From positions 929 through 64,928 of the forward strand of contig CALNZF010000022.1 in the NCBI GenBank assembly GCA_942490965.1: 64,000 nt of DNA, given 5' to 3'. How positions within the stretch are numbered: the stretch's first letter is position 1; the number at the start of each line of letters is the position of its first letter. This document shows positions 21,350-29,757 of the stretch, piece by piece. Position numbers and translations under genes: made by a program. The DNA is from an uncultured Nitrosopumilaceae archaeon. GTDB lineage: Archaea; Thermoproteota; Nitrososphaeria; Nitrososphaerales; Nitrosopumilaceae. The notes beneath the pieces were generated by a model. The model was not told the origin of the DNA, did no database searches, and saw only the letters and a program-made list of their open reading frames with translations.

Positions 21350-21910
21350 TTATGATTTTAAATGCATCAGTATAGGTCTCTGGCCAAACTTTTTGAAGAT
21401 TACATTGGCACTTGCCATAAGAGAATAGACATTTGGATAGTTTGTATTTCCTAGGATATCATTTTTGATAATATTGAGATAATTTCTTTGCTGTTTTACT
21501 AGTCGTAATTTTTTTGATTTTGATGCTTTAGAATTTTTTAATTCACCCAAGTTTGCAGAAATATCACACAATTTGATTAGTTTTGCACTAGATGATGATT
21601 CTTTGAGTTGAATTACAAATGCTTGCTCTCTTTTTTTTCTAGGCAATGTCATGTCTTTTGACAAGGAGGAGACTAGCACTGCAATTTCGCTTTCAAACTG
21701 TTCATACAAATCATCAAAAGTTGTTTCAGTTTTTTCTATTGTATCATGGAGCCATGCAGCACAAAATATCTGCTCATCAATTACACCCAAACTTTTGAGT
21801 CTATTTACAACATCATCTAGATGTTTTGAATATGGCATGGCATCATCTTCTCTGAATTGCCCTGCATGTTTGTTCTTTGCAAACAGTTCTGCATTTTTTA
21901 CTAGATCCAA
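21350..21910 (-). CDS. HD-domain protein, Mesh1/SpoT-hydrolase-like
   Basis: HAGQFR, PY..H, AAWLHDTIE, IKLCD...N. Confidence 0.85.
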   Translation of the reverse strand: MDLVKNAELFAKNKHAGQFREDDAMPYSKHLDDVVNRLKSLGVIDEQIFCAAWLHDTIEKTETTFDDLYEQFESEIAVLVSSLSKDMTLPRKKREQAFVIQLKESSSSAKLIKLCDISANLGELKNSKASKSKKLRLVKQQRNYLNIIKNDILGNTNYPNVYSLMASANVIFKKFGQRPILMHLKS

Positions 21911-21986
21911 AATATTCTACAACTCTGAATACTTTACTCAATATTAGCCAAGTAAACTATATTCCAAAGAAAAATTGTATTGAGAT

Positions 21987-22970
21987 ATGTCAATTGAGAA
22001 GACATCTCTGGGAGATTTGCAAATCCGTAGAATTCTTAATGGAATGTGGCAAGTTGCAGGAGGTCATGGTCAGATTGATTCAGAGTCTGCAGTATCAGAT
22101 ATGGAAAAATATCAAGAGTCAGGATTTACAACATGGGATTTGGCAGACATTTACGGTCCTGCAGAATCTTTGATTGGAGAATTTAGAGAAAAAATTGGAA
22201 ATAGTAACTTTCAAGCACTAACAAAATTTGTTCCAAATCCAGGTCCAATGAGCAATAGTATCGTAACACACTACATCGAGCAGTCATTGCAAAAAATGAA
22301 AACAGACTGTATTGATTTGCTACAATTTCATTGGTGGGATTATAATGATATGAGTTATCTTGATGCGCTAAATAATTTATCAAAATTACAAAATGAAAAC
22401 AAAATCAGAAACATCGGACTAACTAACTTTGATACAGAGCGAGTAAAAATCATCAAAGAGCATGGACATGATATCGTATCAAACCAGGTTCAGTATTCCA
22501 TTTTAGATCAGAGACCAGATAAACTGATGGCCCCATTTTTTGCAAAACATGGAATAAAGATTCTATCCTATGGTACGTTGCTTGGTGGATTTTTCTCAGA
22601 GAAATATCTTGGAGTTGATGAACCACATAGAGGGAATCTGACCACATCTAGTCTACAAAAATACAAAAACATGATAGATGCATGGGGTGGATGGCAGTTA
22701 TTTCAAGAATTGTTATCTATCCTAAATAAAATTGCACAAAAACACAACTGCAGCATTGCAAATATTGCAACGCGTTTTGTTTTAGACAAACCACAAGTTG
22801 CAGGAGTAATAATTGGTGCAAGATTAGGAATTGCCGAACACAGAGAAGACAATGCCCAAGTCTTTGATGTAAAATTAGATGAACAAGACATTTCATCAAT
22901 TAGTTCGGTTACTGCAAAATCAAATGATCTCTTTGATGTGATTGGTGATTGTGGTGGAGAGTATAGATAA
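21987..22970 (+). CDS. Aldo/keto reductase
   Basis: DLADIYG, IDLLQFHW, IGLTNF, NQVQYS. Confidence 0.92.
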   Translation: MSIEKTSLGDLQIRRILNGMWQVAGGHGQIDSESAVSDMEKYQESGFTTWDLADIYGPAESLIGEFREKIGNSNFQALTKFVPNPGPMSNSIVTHYIEQSLQKMKTDCIDLLQFHWWDYNDMSYLDALNNLSKLQNENKIRNIGLTNFDTERVKIIKEHGHDIVSNQVQYSILDQRPDKLMAPFFAKHGIKILSYGTLLGGFFSEKYLGVDEPHRGNLTTSSLQKYKNMIDAWGGWQLFQELLSILNKIAQKHNCSIANIATRFVLDKPQVAGVIIGARLGIAEHREDNAQVFDVKLDEQDISSISSVTAKSNDLFDVIGDCGGEYR

Positions 22971-23015
22971 TTCCAGACATGGAAATTTATACGATAAAAT
23001 GATCATAGGTATTAC

Positions 23016-23729
23016 TTGACTGAAGGGGCTTTACCAAAAGAGGATTCTGATTCTAGTCTTCCAGGAAGAGCAGATGAGAGCGATACGGCATATTTTGAAC
23101 CTGAAATAGAGTCAAAATCAAAAAATAGATCACTTGCAATATTTGGAATAGCCTTTGTTTTAGTTGCTGCAGGAGTATTTGCATATTATTTTCTAAATCA
23201 GAGTGAAATTGATTCACAAATTCTTGATAATACCACCTTTAAGACACTAGAGGAGAAGATGGCAAAACAATACGGAGTAGGACAATTTGGCAGTGAGCAT
23301 GCACACGCAGCATTGGCAGTTTTTGTAAACGGTGATCAGTTAGATTTTTCGCATCCCAAGTTTCAGATTCAAAGCAAGTACATTCATTTTGAAAATGATA
23401 ATCCATACCTAGTTCACAAGCATGCAACTGATGTTCCGTTGGATATGCTGTTTGCATCATTTGGATTAAAGATAACTCCTGATTGTATAGAGTTAAGCTA
23501 TCAAGCAAGTCAATACTGTACTGAAAAAGACAATTCCATGACATTTTTAGTCAATGGAAAATCTATTTCAAACATTAATCTCTATGAAATAAGACACAAT
23601 GATAGAATTTTAATTTCATTCGGTGATTCAGAATTAATTTCAAAGCAGTTAGAATATTTAGAAGGGCTAGAAATTCACGACATTCCAAAAATTAGCAAGA
23701 TAGTTCCTGGAAAGGATATTTCTATTTGA
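23016..23729 (+). CDS. Membrane-anchored hypothetical protein
   Basis: One TM then HAHA..., IHFE, VHKH His-rich domain. Confidence 0.75.
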   Translation: MTEGALPKEDSDSSLPGRADESDTAYFEPEIESKSKNRSLAIFGIAFVLVAAGVFAYYFLNQSEIDSQILDNTTFKTLEEKMAKQYGVGQFGSEHAHAALAVFVNGDQLDFSHPKFQIQSKYIHFENDNPYLVHKHATDVPLDMLFASFGLKITPDCIELSYQASQYCTEKDNSMTFLVNGKSISNINLYEIRHNDRILISFGDSELISKQLEYLEGLEIHDIPKISKIVPGKDISI

Positions 23730-23793
23730 GTCTGTAAAATATAGATTCAATGTATAGTGATCCTTTTAGAGTATTAATGAGTCAAAAAATAAA

Positions 23794-24012
23794 ATGGTAG
23801 ACTGTGCCCACACATGGAGAAAAAAACTACGCTTGCAAGAACTAATGATTGTTGCAAAAAGAGAACTTGATGCAGGTGAAGAGATGGATTTAGTTTATGA
23901 AATACTAGAAGACGAAATGAAAGCACGTTGGAGATTTGTTAGCAGTACAAGACGACAGTATATTGACGATATTAAGAGAATTTTGGCAAACCAGTATGTT
24001 TTGACAGTGTAG
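23794..24012 (+). CDS. Hypothetical protein
   Basis: 72 aa ORF with upstream TATA-like sequence. Confidence 0.65.
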   Translation: MVDCAHTWRKKLRLQELMIVAKRELDAGEEMDLVYEILEDEMKARWRFVSSTRRQYIDDIKRILANQYVLTV

Positions 24013-24047
24013 AATTGATTTTTAAGATATAAAGTGCTACTGTAAAC

Positions 24048-24233
24048 ATGGTACTTGCATACATTGGAATTGCAATAGGAGTTTTGATAGTATTGATTCT
24101 GATTGTGAAAATTTCAAGGACCAGCCCACGCGAGGTTGCAGGAATTGATGTGTTTTGTAAAAAGTGTGGCCTTGAGACAAAAGGAATGAATTGTCCGAAT
24201 TGTGAAAAAAAATCCAAATCATTTGGGGTCTAG
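24048..24233 (+). CDS. Small membrane protein with C-terminal zinc ribbon
   Basis: TM helix plus CKKC...CPNC. Confidence 0.75.
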   Translation: MVLAYIGIAIGVLIVLILIVKISRTSPREVAGIDVFCKKCGLETKGMNCPNCEKKSKSFGV

Positions 24234-24281
24234 TTCACATTGTGTAGTGATGCTTTAATGGAATGATTTCAAAATCCATGC

Positions 24282-24434
24282 ATGTCAGAGATAATTACAG
24301 AATATTTTACCTGCAGGATTTGCCAGGAGAACCATTCCATATCACATGATCAAGATAGGCCAACTGTATGTAATGGATGTTGGTTGAAGATGGAAATTTG
24401 GCAAAAATATGCAGATCCTGATTTGAATAAATAA
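24282..24434 (+). CDS. Small zinc-finger protein (50 aa)
   Basis: Hand-translated MSEIITEYFTCRICQENH...VCNGCWLK...; two CxxC. Confidence 0.7.
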   Translation: MSEIITEYFTCRICQENHSISHDQDRPTVCNGCWLKMEIWQKYADPDLNK

Positions 24435-24469
24435 ATTATTTTAAAGATTGATTTTACATCATAGTCATA

Positions 24470-24655
24470 TTGGGTTTGAAAATTGACTGTCAATGTATAG
24501 AGTGTAATTGTAAAGTAAATTTTGAAATCATAGATGGTGAAGAATTGCTAAATCTGATTCAGCATGGACGACTAAATGATGAGCAAATTGCATTTTTAAA
24601 AACCAGAGTCGATAGTAAAATATGCAAACAATGTTTTCTTGGCAAACACAGATGA
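24470..24655 (+). CDS. Small Cys-rich zinc-binding protein
   Basis: CQCIECNC...CKQCFLGKH. Confidence 0.75.
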   Translation: MGLKIDCQCIECNCKVNFEIIDGEELLNLIQHGRLNDEQIAFLKTRVDSKICKQCFLGKHR

Positions 24656-24698
24656 TAATTTGCAACAAGCTTAAGTTCATGATAAATGATTTTTAATT

Positions 24699-24785
24699 GT
24701 GAAGGATGCGACAAAGGGGGTAATAGTGATAATTGTTGCAACTGTTGCGTTTTATAGTATCATGAGTATTTTGTGGAGATTATAG
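24699..24785 (+). CDS. Small TM peptide (28 aa, MKDATKGVIVIIVATVAFYSIMSILWRL)
   Basis: GTG start ~29 nt after CTTAAG; its TAG stop begins the next repeat copy. Confidence 0.55.
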   Translation: MKDATKGVIVIIVATVAFYSIMSILWRL

Positions 24786-25043
24786 ATTCTAAAATATAAA
24801 GTTCATACAAAATTTACTGCAAAAATAAACAAATTTTCATAATCAGCACAATACTATTTTTATTTCATAATTACCTAACTTTTCCAGATAGTAATCAACT
24901 AGTAAAAACATCAAGAAAATCAGAGTTGGTGTTGGAGCCATAACACAGAGTTGTCAATGGATAACTACTTGGCTTTGATTACTATCTGTTTTCAAAATTG
25001 TAAACTCCAATAAGCTTAAGTTCATTATTTTCCTAGTTAATTT

Positions 25044-25184
25044 ATGGCTAAGATTTGTAAAAAATGCAATGTTGAGATGGACATTACATCTCTCAAAGTC
25101 AAAAGACGGGGAAACAAAACAAAAAACATACCGGCTGAATATTACTGTCCAAAATGTGACCATGCCGAATATGAAAAGAACTGA
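25044..25184 (+). CDS. Small zinc-ribbon protein (46 aa)
   Basis: MAKICKKC...YYCPKCDH; ATG 29 nt after CTTAAG. Confidence 0.75.
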   Translation: MAKICKKCNVEMDITSLKVKRRGNKTKNIPAEYYCPKCDHAEYEKN

Positions 25185-25231
25185 ATTTTTCTATCTAAAT
25201 CCTTAATTGAACAAAGATAATTGAAAAATTA

Positions 25232-25660
25232 TTGAGTAATGAAAAATCAAAATCCCTAAAGGAACTAGAGAAAAGACTTGCTAGGCAAAGAAAACAGGCA
25301 TCTGAGGATTTAATCAAAGCAAAACTAGACAAAAAAAACTTGGATTATGATACGATATCTATGATTCTTCAAGTTTTTGAGAAATCAAAGTTTCAATGGC
25401 ATAAAGAACATTTTGATATTTTTGATTCAGAACCTGATAATTTCAGAGGCAAGGTACTACCAAAAAATAATAGAGAATGCGTCATGTTGGGAGTGCGATT
25501 GGGGACTATGAGGGCAAAGATAATTTACAATTTACAAAATATGAAACTCACAGAGAAACACCGCCAAGATGTTGATGATTTAATCTGGAATTTTATATGG
25601 TATTCATGGCAAGAAGCAAGAATAACTCATGATTTTAGAATTAAAGAAAAAACAGATTAG
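25232..25660 (+). CDS. Hypothetical protein
   Basis: 142 aa ORF ending at the TAG of a TAGATTCTAAACTC copy. Confidence 0.75.
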   Translation: MSNEKSKSLKELEKRLARQRKQASEDLIKAKLDKKNLDYDTISMILQVFEKSKFQWHKEHFDIFDSEPDNFRGKVLPKNNRECVMLGVRLGTMRAKIIYNLQNMKLTEKHRQDVDDLIWNFIWYSWQEARITHDFRIKEKTD

Positions 25661-25741
25661 ATTCTAAACTCACACCTGTACCAACTGGCACTAGAGAGAT
25701 TGCAGTAATTTCCTAATATACTAGGTTTGACTTTGACAGCT

Positions 25742-25843
25742 ATGAAATATTGCAATGATTGTTTAACTCCAATAAACCGTAATTCAGAAGAAGAATATTG
25801 TAGTTTATGTAAACGAGACAAAGAACAAACTCTAAACGCTTAA
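25742..25843 (+). CDS. Small zinc-finger peptide (33 aa)
   Basis: MKYCNDC...EYCSLCK; its stop lies inside a repeat copy (CTTAAG). Confidence 0.65.
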   Translation: MKYCNDCLTPINRNSEEEYCSLCKRDKEQTLNA

Positions 25844-25867
25844 GTTGATAATTCCTCAAGAAAACTC

Positions 25868-25987
25868 ATGGAAGAAGAGTATAGAAAAATTATGATTAAA
25901 CAAAAAAAAGAATTTGAAGAATTTAAAAAGAAAGAAGGAGATTCTGATCTAATTTTCAATAAAAAAGACAACAAGGAAAAGAAATGA
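25868..25987 (+). CDS. Small charged peptide (39 aa)
   Basis: MEEEYRKIMIKQKK...; ATG 29 nt after CTTAAG; ATGA overlap with next gene. Confidence 0.55.
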   Translation: MEEEYRKIMIKQKKEFEEFKKKEGDSDLIFNKKDNKEKK

Positions 25988-26409
25988 ATCCAGTACTAAT
26001 TATCGCAATTATAGTAATTTCTATTATTATAGCCACAGTATTTGCAGTTTTTTTCATCCAGTCAATGCCTCAGCAAAATCTTGAAGACATAGATGATGAG
26101 CAACGCAATGAAAACGCATGGCAATTACTGCAAAAAACATACCTGGACCAAGAGTGCAAGGAAAAATACATGGGCCAATCAGATGAACTGGAAAAATGTT
26201 TTGAGCGTGTAGAAGAAGAGCAAAGACTGAATCCTCCCATCAACCCCCAAGAATCTGAATTTGAACCAAATTGCTCAATTCAATGTCTTGTGTATGATCC
26301 TGTTTGTGGTGAGGATGGAATCACTTATGCCTGCGGTGTTGAAGATGCAGCATGTCATGGAGTTAAAATTGAACACAAAGGGAAATGCCTAGTTTCAACA
26401 TTACCGTGA
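25984..26409 (+). CDS. Membrane-anchored protein with Kazal-type protease inhibitor domain
   Basis: N-terminal TM; CSIQCLVYDPVCGEDGITY..C...C......HKGKC. Confidence 0.85.
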   Translation: MNPVLIIAIIVISIIIATVFAVFFIQSMPQQNLEDIDDEQRNENAWQLLQKTYLDQECKEKYMGQSDELEKCFERVEEEQRLNPPINPQESEFEPNCSIQCLVYDPVCGEDGITYACGVEDAACHGVKIEHKGKCLVSTLP

Positions 26410-26450
26410 TTAATAAAAACTCTTAAGTTCATACCATATGGAAAATATTT

Positions 26451-26787
26451 GTGAAGCCAGTAATTATTGCAGCACTGATTGTTGTGCCCTTTGTGCTATT
26501 CATTGCAGCTGCACTGGTATATCAATCACAAACTGGGACAGACATTGTTACTGGTGAAAAAAAAAGGAGTAGCAGCTGAGAAATGGGGAGAAGAAGAAAT
26601 ATCTAAAATTAAAAGCATTGTAGATAATCCACTTACAAATTGTGATCCATCATATCCTGCAGTATGCATTGAAAAATATCCACCAGACTTGAATTGTGAT
26701 GATATTCGTTATTCTGATTTTATAGTATTGGGAAATGATCCTCATGGATTTGATGCTGACAAAGATGGAATTGGTTGTGAATCCTAG
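26451..26787 (+). CDS. Membrane-anchored Excalibur-like Ca-binding domain protein, frameshifted in an A9 run
   Basis: GTG 26451 gives a TM peptide (KPVIIAALIVVPFVLFIAAAL); removing one A at 26557-26565 joins it to CDPSYP...DLNC...FDADKDGIGCE. Confidence 0.75.
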
Positions 26788-26853
26788 ATTCTAAGATTCA
26801 ATAAGCAGGATAATTTTAACAGTGAAAAATAAAATCATTGGAAAATTATTTTA

Positions 26854-27222
26854 ATGGGAATTTTAGTGATTTATTCTATGAAAAGAATTGAAGCCATGAT
26901 ACCTAGTATGAGGAGAAGTGAAGTAGTGGATAGTATTCTAAAAGCAGGTGCAAAAGGAGTCACAGTAGCAGAAAACAGAGGTAAAGGTAATGCTGAAAGA
27001 CCAATGGTAGGCGGAGCACGAGGAACTGCAAAATACATTGCAGATTATAATCGAATTGATACCCTGATTATTGTAGTAGATGATTCAAAAGTAGACTCTG
27101 TGGTGTCTGCAATTATGGATGTCGCTAATAGAGGAAATGATGGAGACGGGATGATTTTTGTATCTACAATTGATGCAGCATACAAAATAGGCACTAAAGA
27201 GAAAATATCTTCAATGAGTTAA
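26854..27222 (+). CDS. P-II family nitrogen regulatory protein
   Basis: MKRIEAMI (likely start 26878), RGKG T-loop base, GDGMIFVSTI B-loop. Confidence 0.92.
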   Translation: MGILVIYSMKRIEAMIPSMRRSEVVDSILKAGAKGVTVAENRGKGNAERPMVGGARGTAKYIADYNRIDTLIIVVDDSKVDSVVSAIMDVANRGNDGDGMIFVSTIDAAYKIGTKEKISSMS

Positions 27223-27346
27223 CATCCTCGGATTTTTATTTTTCTAAACTCTTTTTGAGAAGTCAGATTATGAAGAAAATTTGATTAATGTGTGCTTTTT
27301 TGAACATACTTTATTCTAAATAAGCGGATTTTCTTTTGATCTATAA

Positions 27347-27403
27347 TTGGAAGAAGAAGAAGTTGAAAGAGCAGAATGGGAATGGCTCAAAAAAAGTAAA
27401 TAG
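27347..27403 (+). CDS. Possible 18 aa peptide (MEEEEVERAEWEWLKKSK)
   Basis: TTG start; its TAG begins a repeat copy. Confidence 0.35.
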   Translation: MEEEEVERAEWEWLKKSK

Positions 27404-27452
27404 TTTCTAAACTCTAACAAGATTTAAGTCAATTAAACACGTTAATGTGCAT

Positions 27453-27584
27453 ATGAGTAAAACTAGCAAATCCAAATCACCACAAAAAAACAAGAACAAC
27501 AAAACTATTCCTAAAAATCTAGAGAAAAAACAATATTTAGAATCTCTAGCTGAACTAAAACAATCCATAAAAGATAATTCTTAG
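27453..27584 (+). CDS. Small basic protein (43 aa)
   Basis: MSKTSKSKSPQKNK...; ATG 30 nt after TTTAAG of a repeat copy; TAG begins the next copy. Confidence 0.6.
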   Translation: MSKTSKSKSPQKNKNNKTIPKNLEKKQYLESLAELKQSIKDNS

Positions 27585-27634
27585 ACTCTGAAAATATACA
27601 ATAAGCTCAAGTTTGTGATTCTTACAGACACTTT

Positions 27635-27874
27635 ATGGCCGATGAGAAAAAAATGAAAATTATGTGTAAATGGTGCAATGTTTCTAAAACTTGTCATATT
27701 GTCAGTCAAGAAATCACAGATCATCAGGGAACATATGGAATAGACAGTGTCATGATGGCCAAAATCAAAATCCACAAACATTACAAAGGAAAAAATTATT
27801 GCAAAGGCTCAGATAGAACGATTACCGTTCCACTAGACAAGGCACTAAAAGATAATGAAAAAAACAAGGACTAG
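27635..27874 (+). CDS. Small putative zinc-binding protein
   Basis: CKWC...HKH...YCKGS; flanked by repeat copies on both sides. Confidence 0.75.
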   Translation: MADEKKMKIMCKWCNVSKTCHIVSQEITDHQGTYGIDSVMMAKIKIHKHYKGKNYCKGSDRTITVPLDKALKDNEKNKD

Positions 27875-27928
27875 ATTCTAAACTCCAATACGCTTAAGTT
27901 CAATATCATAGTTTTCCAATTAGGCGAT

Positions 27929-28309
27929 ATGAAATTCAAGTTTTCTGCCAATGACAAGGAATGGCATCAAACCTTGCTCAATACTTTTGAAAATATGCTG
28001 AAAATGAAAGTACAGCCTGTACTAGTCTATGACAGAAAGCATTTTTCAAATTATGTTTACAAAAATAGTCTCAAGCCTAGCGCAGTCTGGGCAGAATGCA
28101 TAAAGGAATGCGGCACCATTTGGATAAATCCTCATTTGGCATCAGAGCCCAAAGTTGAAACGGTAAATACACTGTACCATGAATGTCTGCACATAAAATA
28201 TCCTGAAAAGAGCGAATCAGAAATCAGAAAATTAGCTGACAAGATGATACCAGTAACAAAATCAATCACTTCTCAGAAAAAGAAATTCGATATCACACAT
28301 ACCCATTGA
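27929..28309 (+). CDS. Small HExxH zinc metallopeptidase-like protein
   Basis: IWIN...TLYHECLH. Confidence 0.75.
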   Translation: MKFKFSANDKEWHQTLLNTFENMLKMKVQPVLVYDRKHFSNYVYKNSLKPSAVWAECIKECGTIWINPHLASEPKVETVNTLYHECLHIKYPEKSESEIRKLADKMIPVTKSITSQKKKFDITHTH

Positions 28310-28365
28310 TCTTACAATCTCAAGACAACAATAGGCTTAAGTTTGCAATTATTTTAAAAAAAATT

Positions 28366-28605
28366 ATGAAATTAGAATCAATTAAAATTTTGGTAGGTGA
28401 AATTGACTACAAGCTTGGCCGTATAGAGTTCTTTAAGGAAAGACTAGAGAAATGGGAGGACAAAGAGGACAAAGAGTATGGACAGTCACAGAGAAGGCTT
28501 GCAAAATTAATTGATGAGACGACTAATCTCTTGCAAATTATGAAATTAGAAGAGTTGGATAATTTTAAAGAGTATGAAGAAGTTGCTAAAAAACTAGAAC
28601 TATAA
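28366..28605 (+). CDS. Hypothetical coiled-coil protein (79 aa)
   Basis: ATG 28366 lies 30 nt after CTTAAG; preferred over the ORF-track start at 28306. Confidence 0.7.
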   Translation: MKLESIKILVGEIDYKLGRIEFFKERLEKWEDKEDKEYGQSQRRLAKLIDETTNLLQIMKLEELDNFKEYEEVAKKLEL

Positions 28606-28629
28606 TCTATAACTATAATCTTATTTTTT

Positions 28630-29307
28630 CTAATTGCGATTGTTTTTAGGTAAAAATGGAATTATAGAGCGTACAAACTCCATGACATTTTTAGTTTGGA
28701 TGTATACAGTTCCAGGGCCAATAATTTCCATTACCAGTGCTTCTCCACCAAACAAAGTAGTCTTGTAAGAGCCATGCTTTGTTACTCTGTAACTTGCAGT
28801 TGAGCTTAATGCCACTAGCTGATAGTTATCAATTATCATCTTCTCTCCAGGGTTTAGTTTGGTTTCTAAAATACCACCCCATGCGTTGACAAAGATATCT
28901 CCATTTCCTACTGTCTTTAGCATGAACATGTTTGTTCCAAAGATTCCCTTTGTGAATCCCTGCCATTGAGTATCCAGCGTTAGCTCACCTGTAGAGCCAA
29001 CATATGCACCTGATGAAACAATGAATTCTTCCTTTACATTGATCACCTGAATGTCTCCAAGCATGTTTCCAGTTAATCCTAGCTTGCAGTTGTCCTCTTG
29101 TGAGATGAATTCATTTACAAAAAATGATTCTCCACCTAATGCTGCTGCTTTGAGTGATTTGAAAAATCCGCCCTTTCGCATTTTAGTTTCAGTAATTATA
29201 TCACCTCGGATGTAAACCATGGCAGCAGCTTCTGCTGTTACTTTTTCACCTTTGTTTAGTGTAAACTCGATTAGCCCCATTGGGTTTTTTAGAATTTCAT
29301 ATTCCAA
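28630..29307 (-). CDS. AIM24/TIGR00266 family protein
   Basis: GEKVTAEAAAMV, GGESFFVNEF, FGGEAL...GPGTVYIQT. Confidence 0.9.
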   Translation of the reverse strand: MEYEILKNPMGLIEFTLNKGEKVTAEAAAMVYIRGDIITETKMRKGGFFKSLKAAALGGESFFVNEFISQEDNCKLGLTGNMLGDIQVINVKEEFIVSSGAYVGSTGELTLDTQWQGFTKGIFGTNMFMLKTVGNGDIFVNAWGGILETKLNPGEKMIIDNYQLVALSSTASYRVTKHGSYKTTLFGGEALVMEIIGPGTVYIQTKNVMEFVRSIIPFLPKNNRN

Positions 29308-29352
29308 TGATTTGGTTTTCCAAATACTAGAAATTAAAAGTTTTTTTCAAAA

Positions 29353-29622
29353 TTATACATATTTTTCATACAGTTCATTTAGCATAGAGATGATTTTCTG
29401 ATTTTCATGGTCTCCCCAGGAATCAGACTTTATTCTGATGTGGATGTTTGCATCCTCTAGATTATTGACAACTTTGGGATACATCATGCCTATGAAGAAT
29501 GATTTTTTATCCAAATGCATCTGCTCTGCCCTGTGCTGAAAGTAGGCAAACCATTCAGATTCCACATCTTGAAACGTTTCCAAAATTATTCCCTGAATTT
29601 TTTGCTCTGTTTCTTGATTCAA
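29353..29622 (-). CDS. Hypothetical protein
   Basis: 89 aa ORF. Confidence 0.6.
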   Translation of the reverse strand: MNQETEQKIQGIILETFQDVESEWFAYFQHRAEQMHLDKKSFFIGMMYPKVVNNLEDANIHIRIKSDSWGDHENQKIISMLNELYEKYV

Positions 29623-29757
29623 TGGTATCCATCAGTGTAGAAATGATTTAGATCTTTCTGTAACTATGCAGAACTAGGCAGTTTTCTAATTTATCAATTA
29701 TTTTCATAAACAAGGTAATATCCAAAAAGAAAATAGACTCAAAGAATACGTCATTTC

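Larger units (their letters stand above)
24653..28345 (+). repeat. Dispersed ~32 bp intergenic repeat, about 12 full or partial copies, consensus TAGATTCTAAACTCCAATAAGCTTAAGTTCAT
   Basis: Best copies 25001-25024 and 27879-27902 match at 23/24; others near 24665, 24783, 25195, 25658, 25826, 26417, 26785, 27241, 27401, 27582, 28328. Confidence 0.85.

Noticed and set aside
24686-24757. Cys-rich 23 aa ORF MIFNCEGCDKGGNSDNCCNCCVL (metallothionein-like)
   Set aside because: It overlaps the 28 aa TM ORF, whose start spacing and stop position fit the array pattern better. Not fully excluded.
24653-28345. CRISPR array
   Set aside because: Repeats are degenerate, the spacing is irregular (roughly 100-600 bp), the intervening DNA encodes ORFs, and no cas genes are present.
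24653-28345. Canonical integron attC sites
   Set aside because: The element is only ~32 bp, lacks a clear RYYYAAC...GTTRRRY pair with a long hairpin, and no intI is in the window. Kept only as an analogy.
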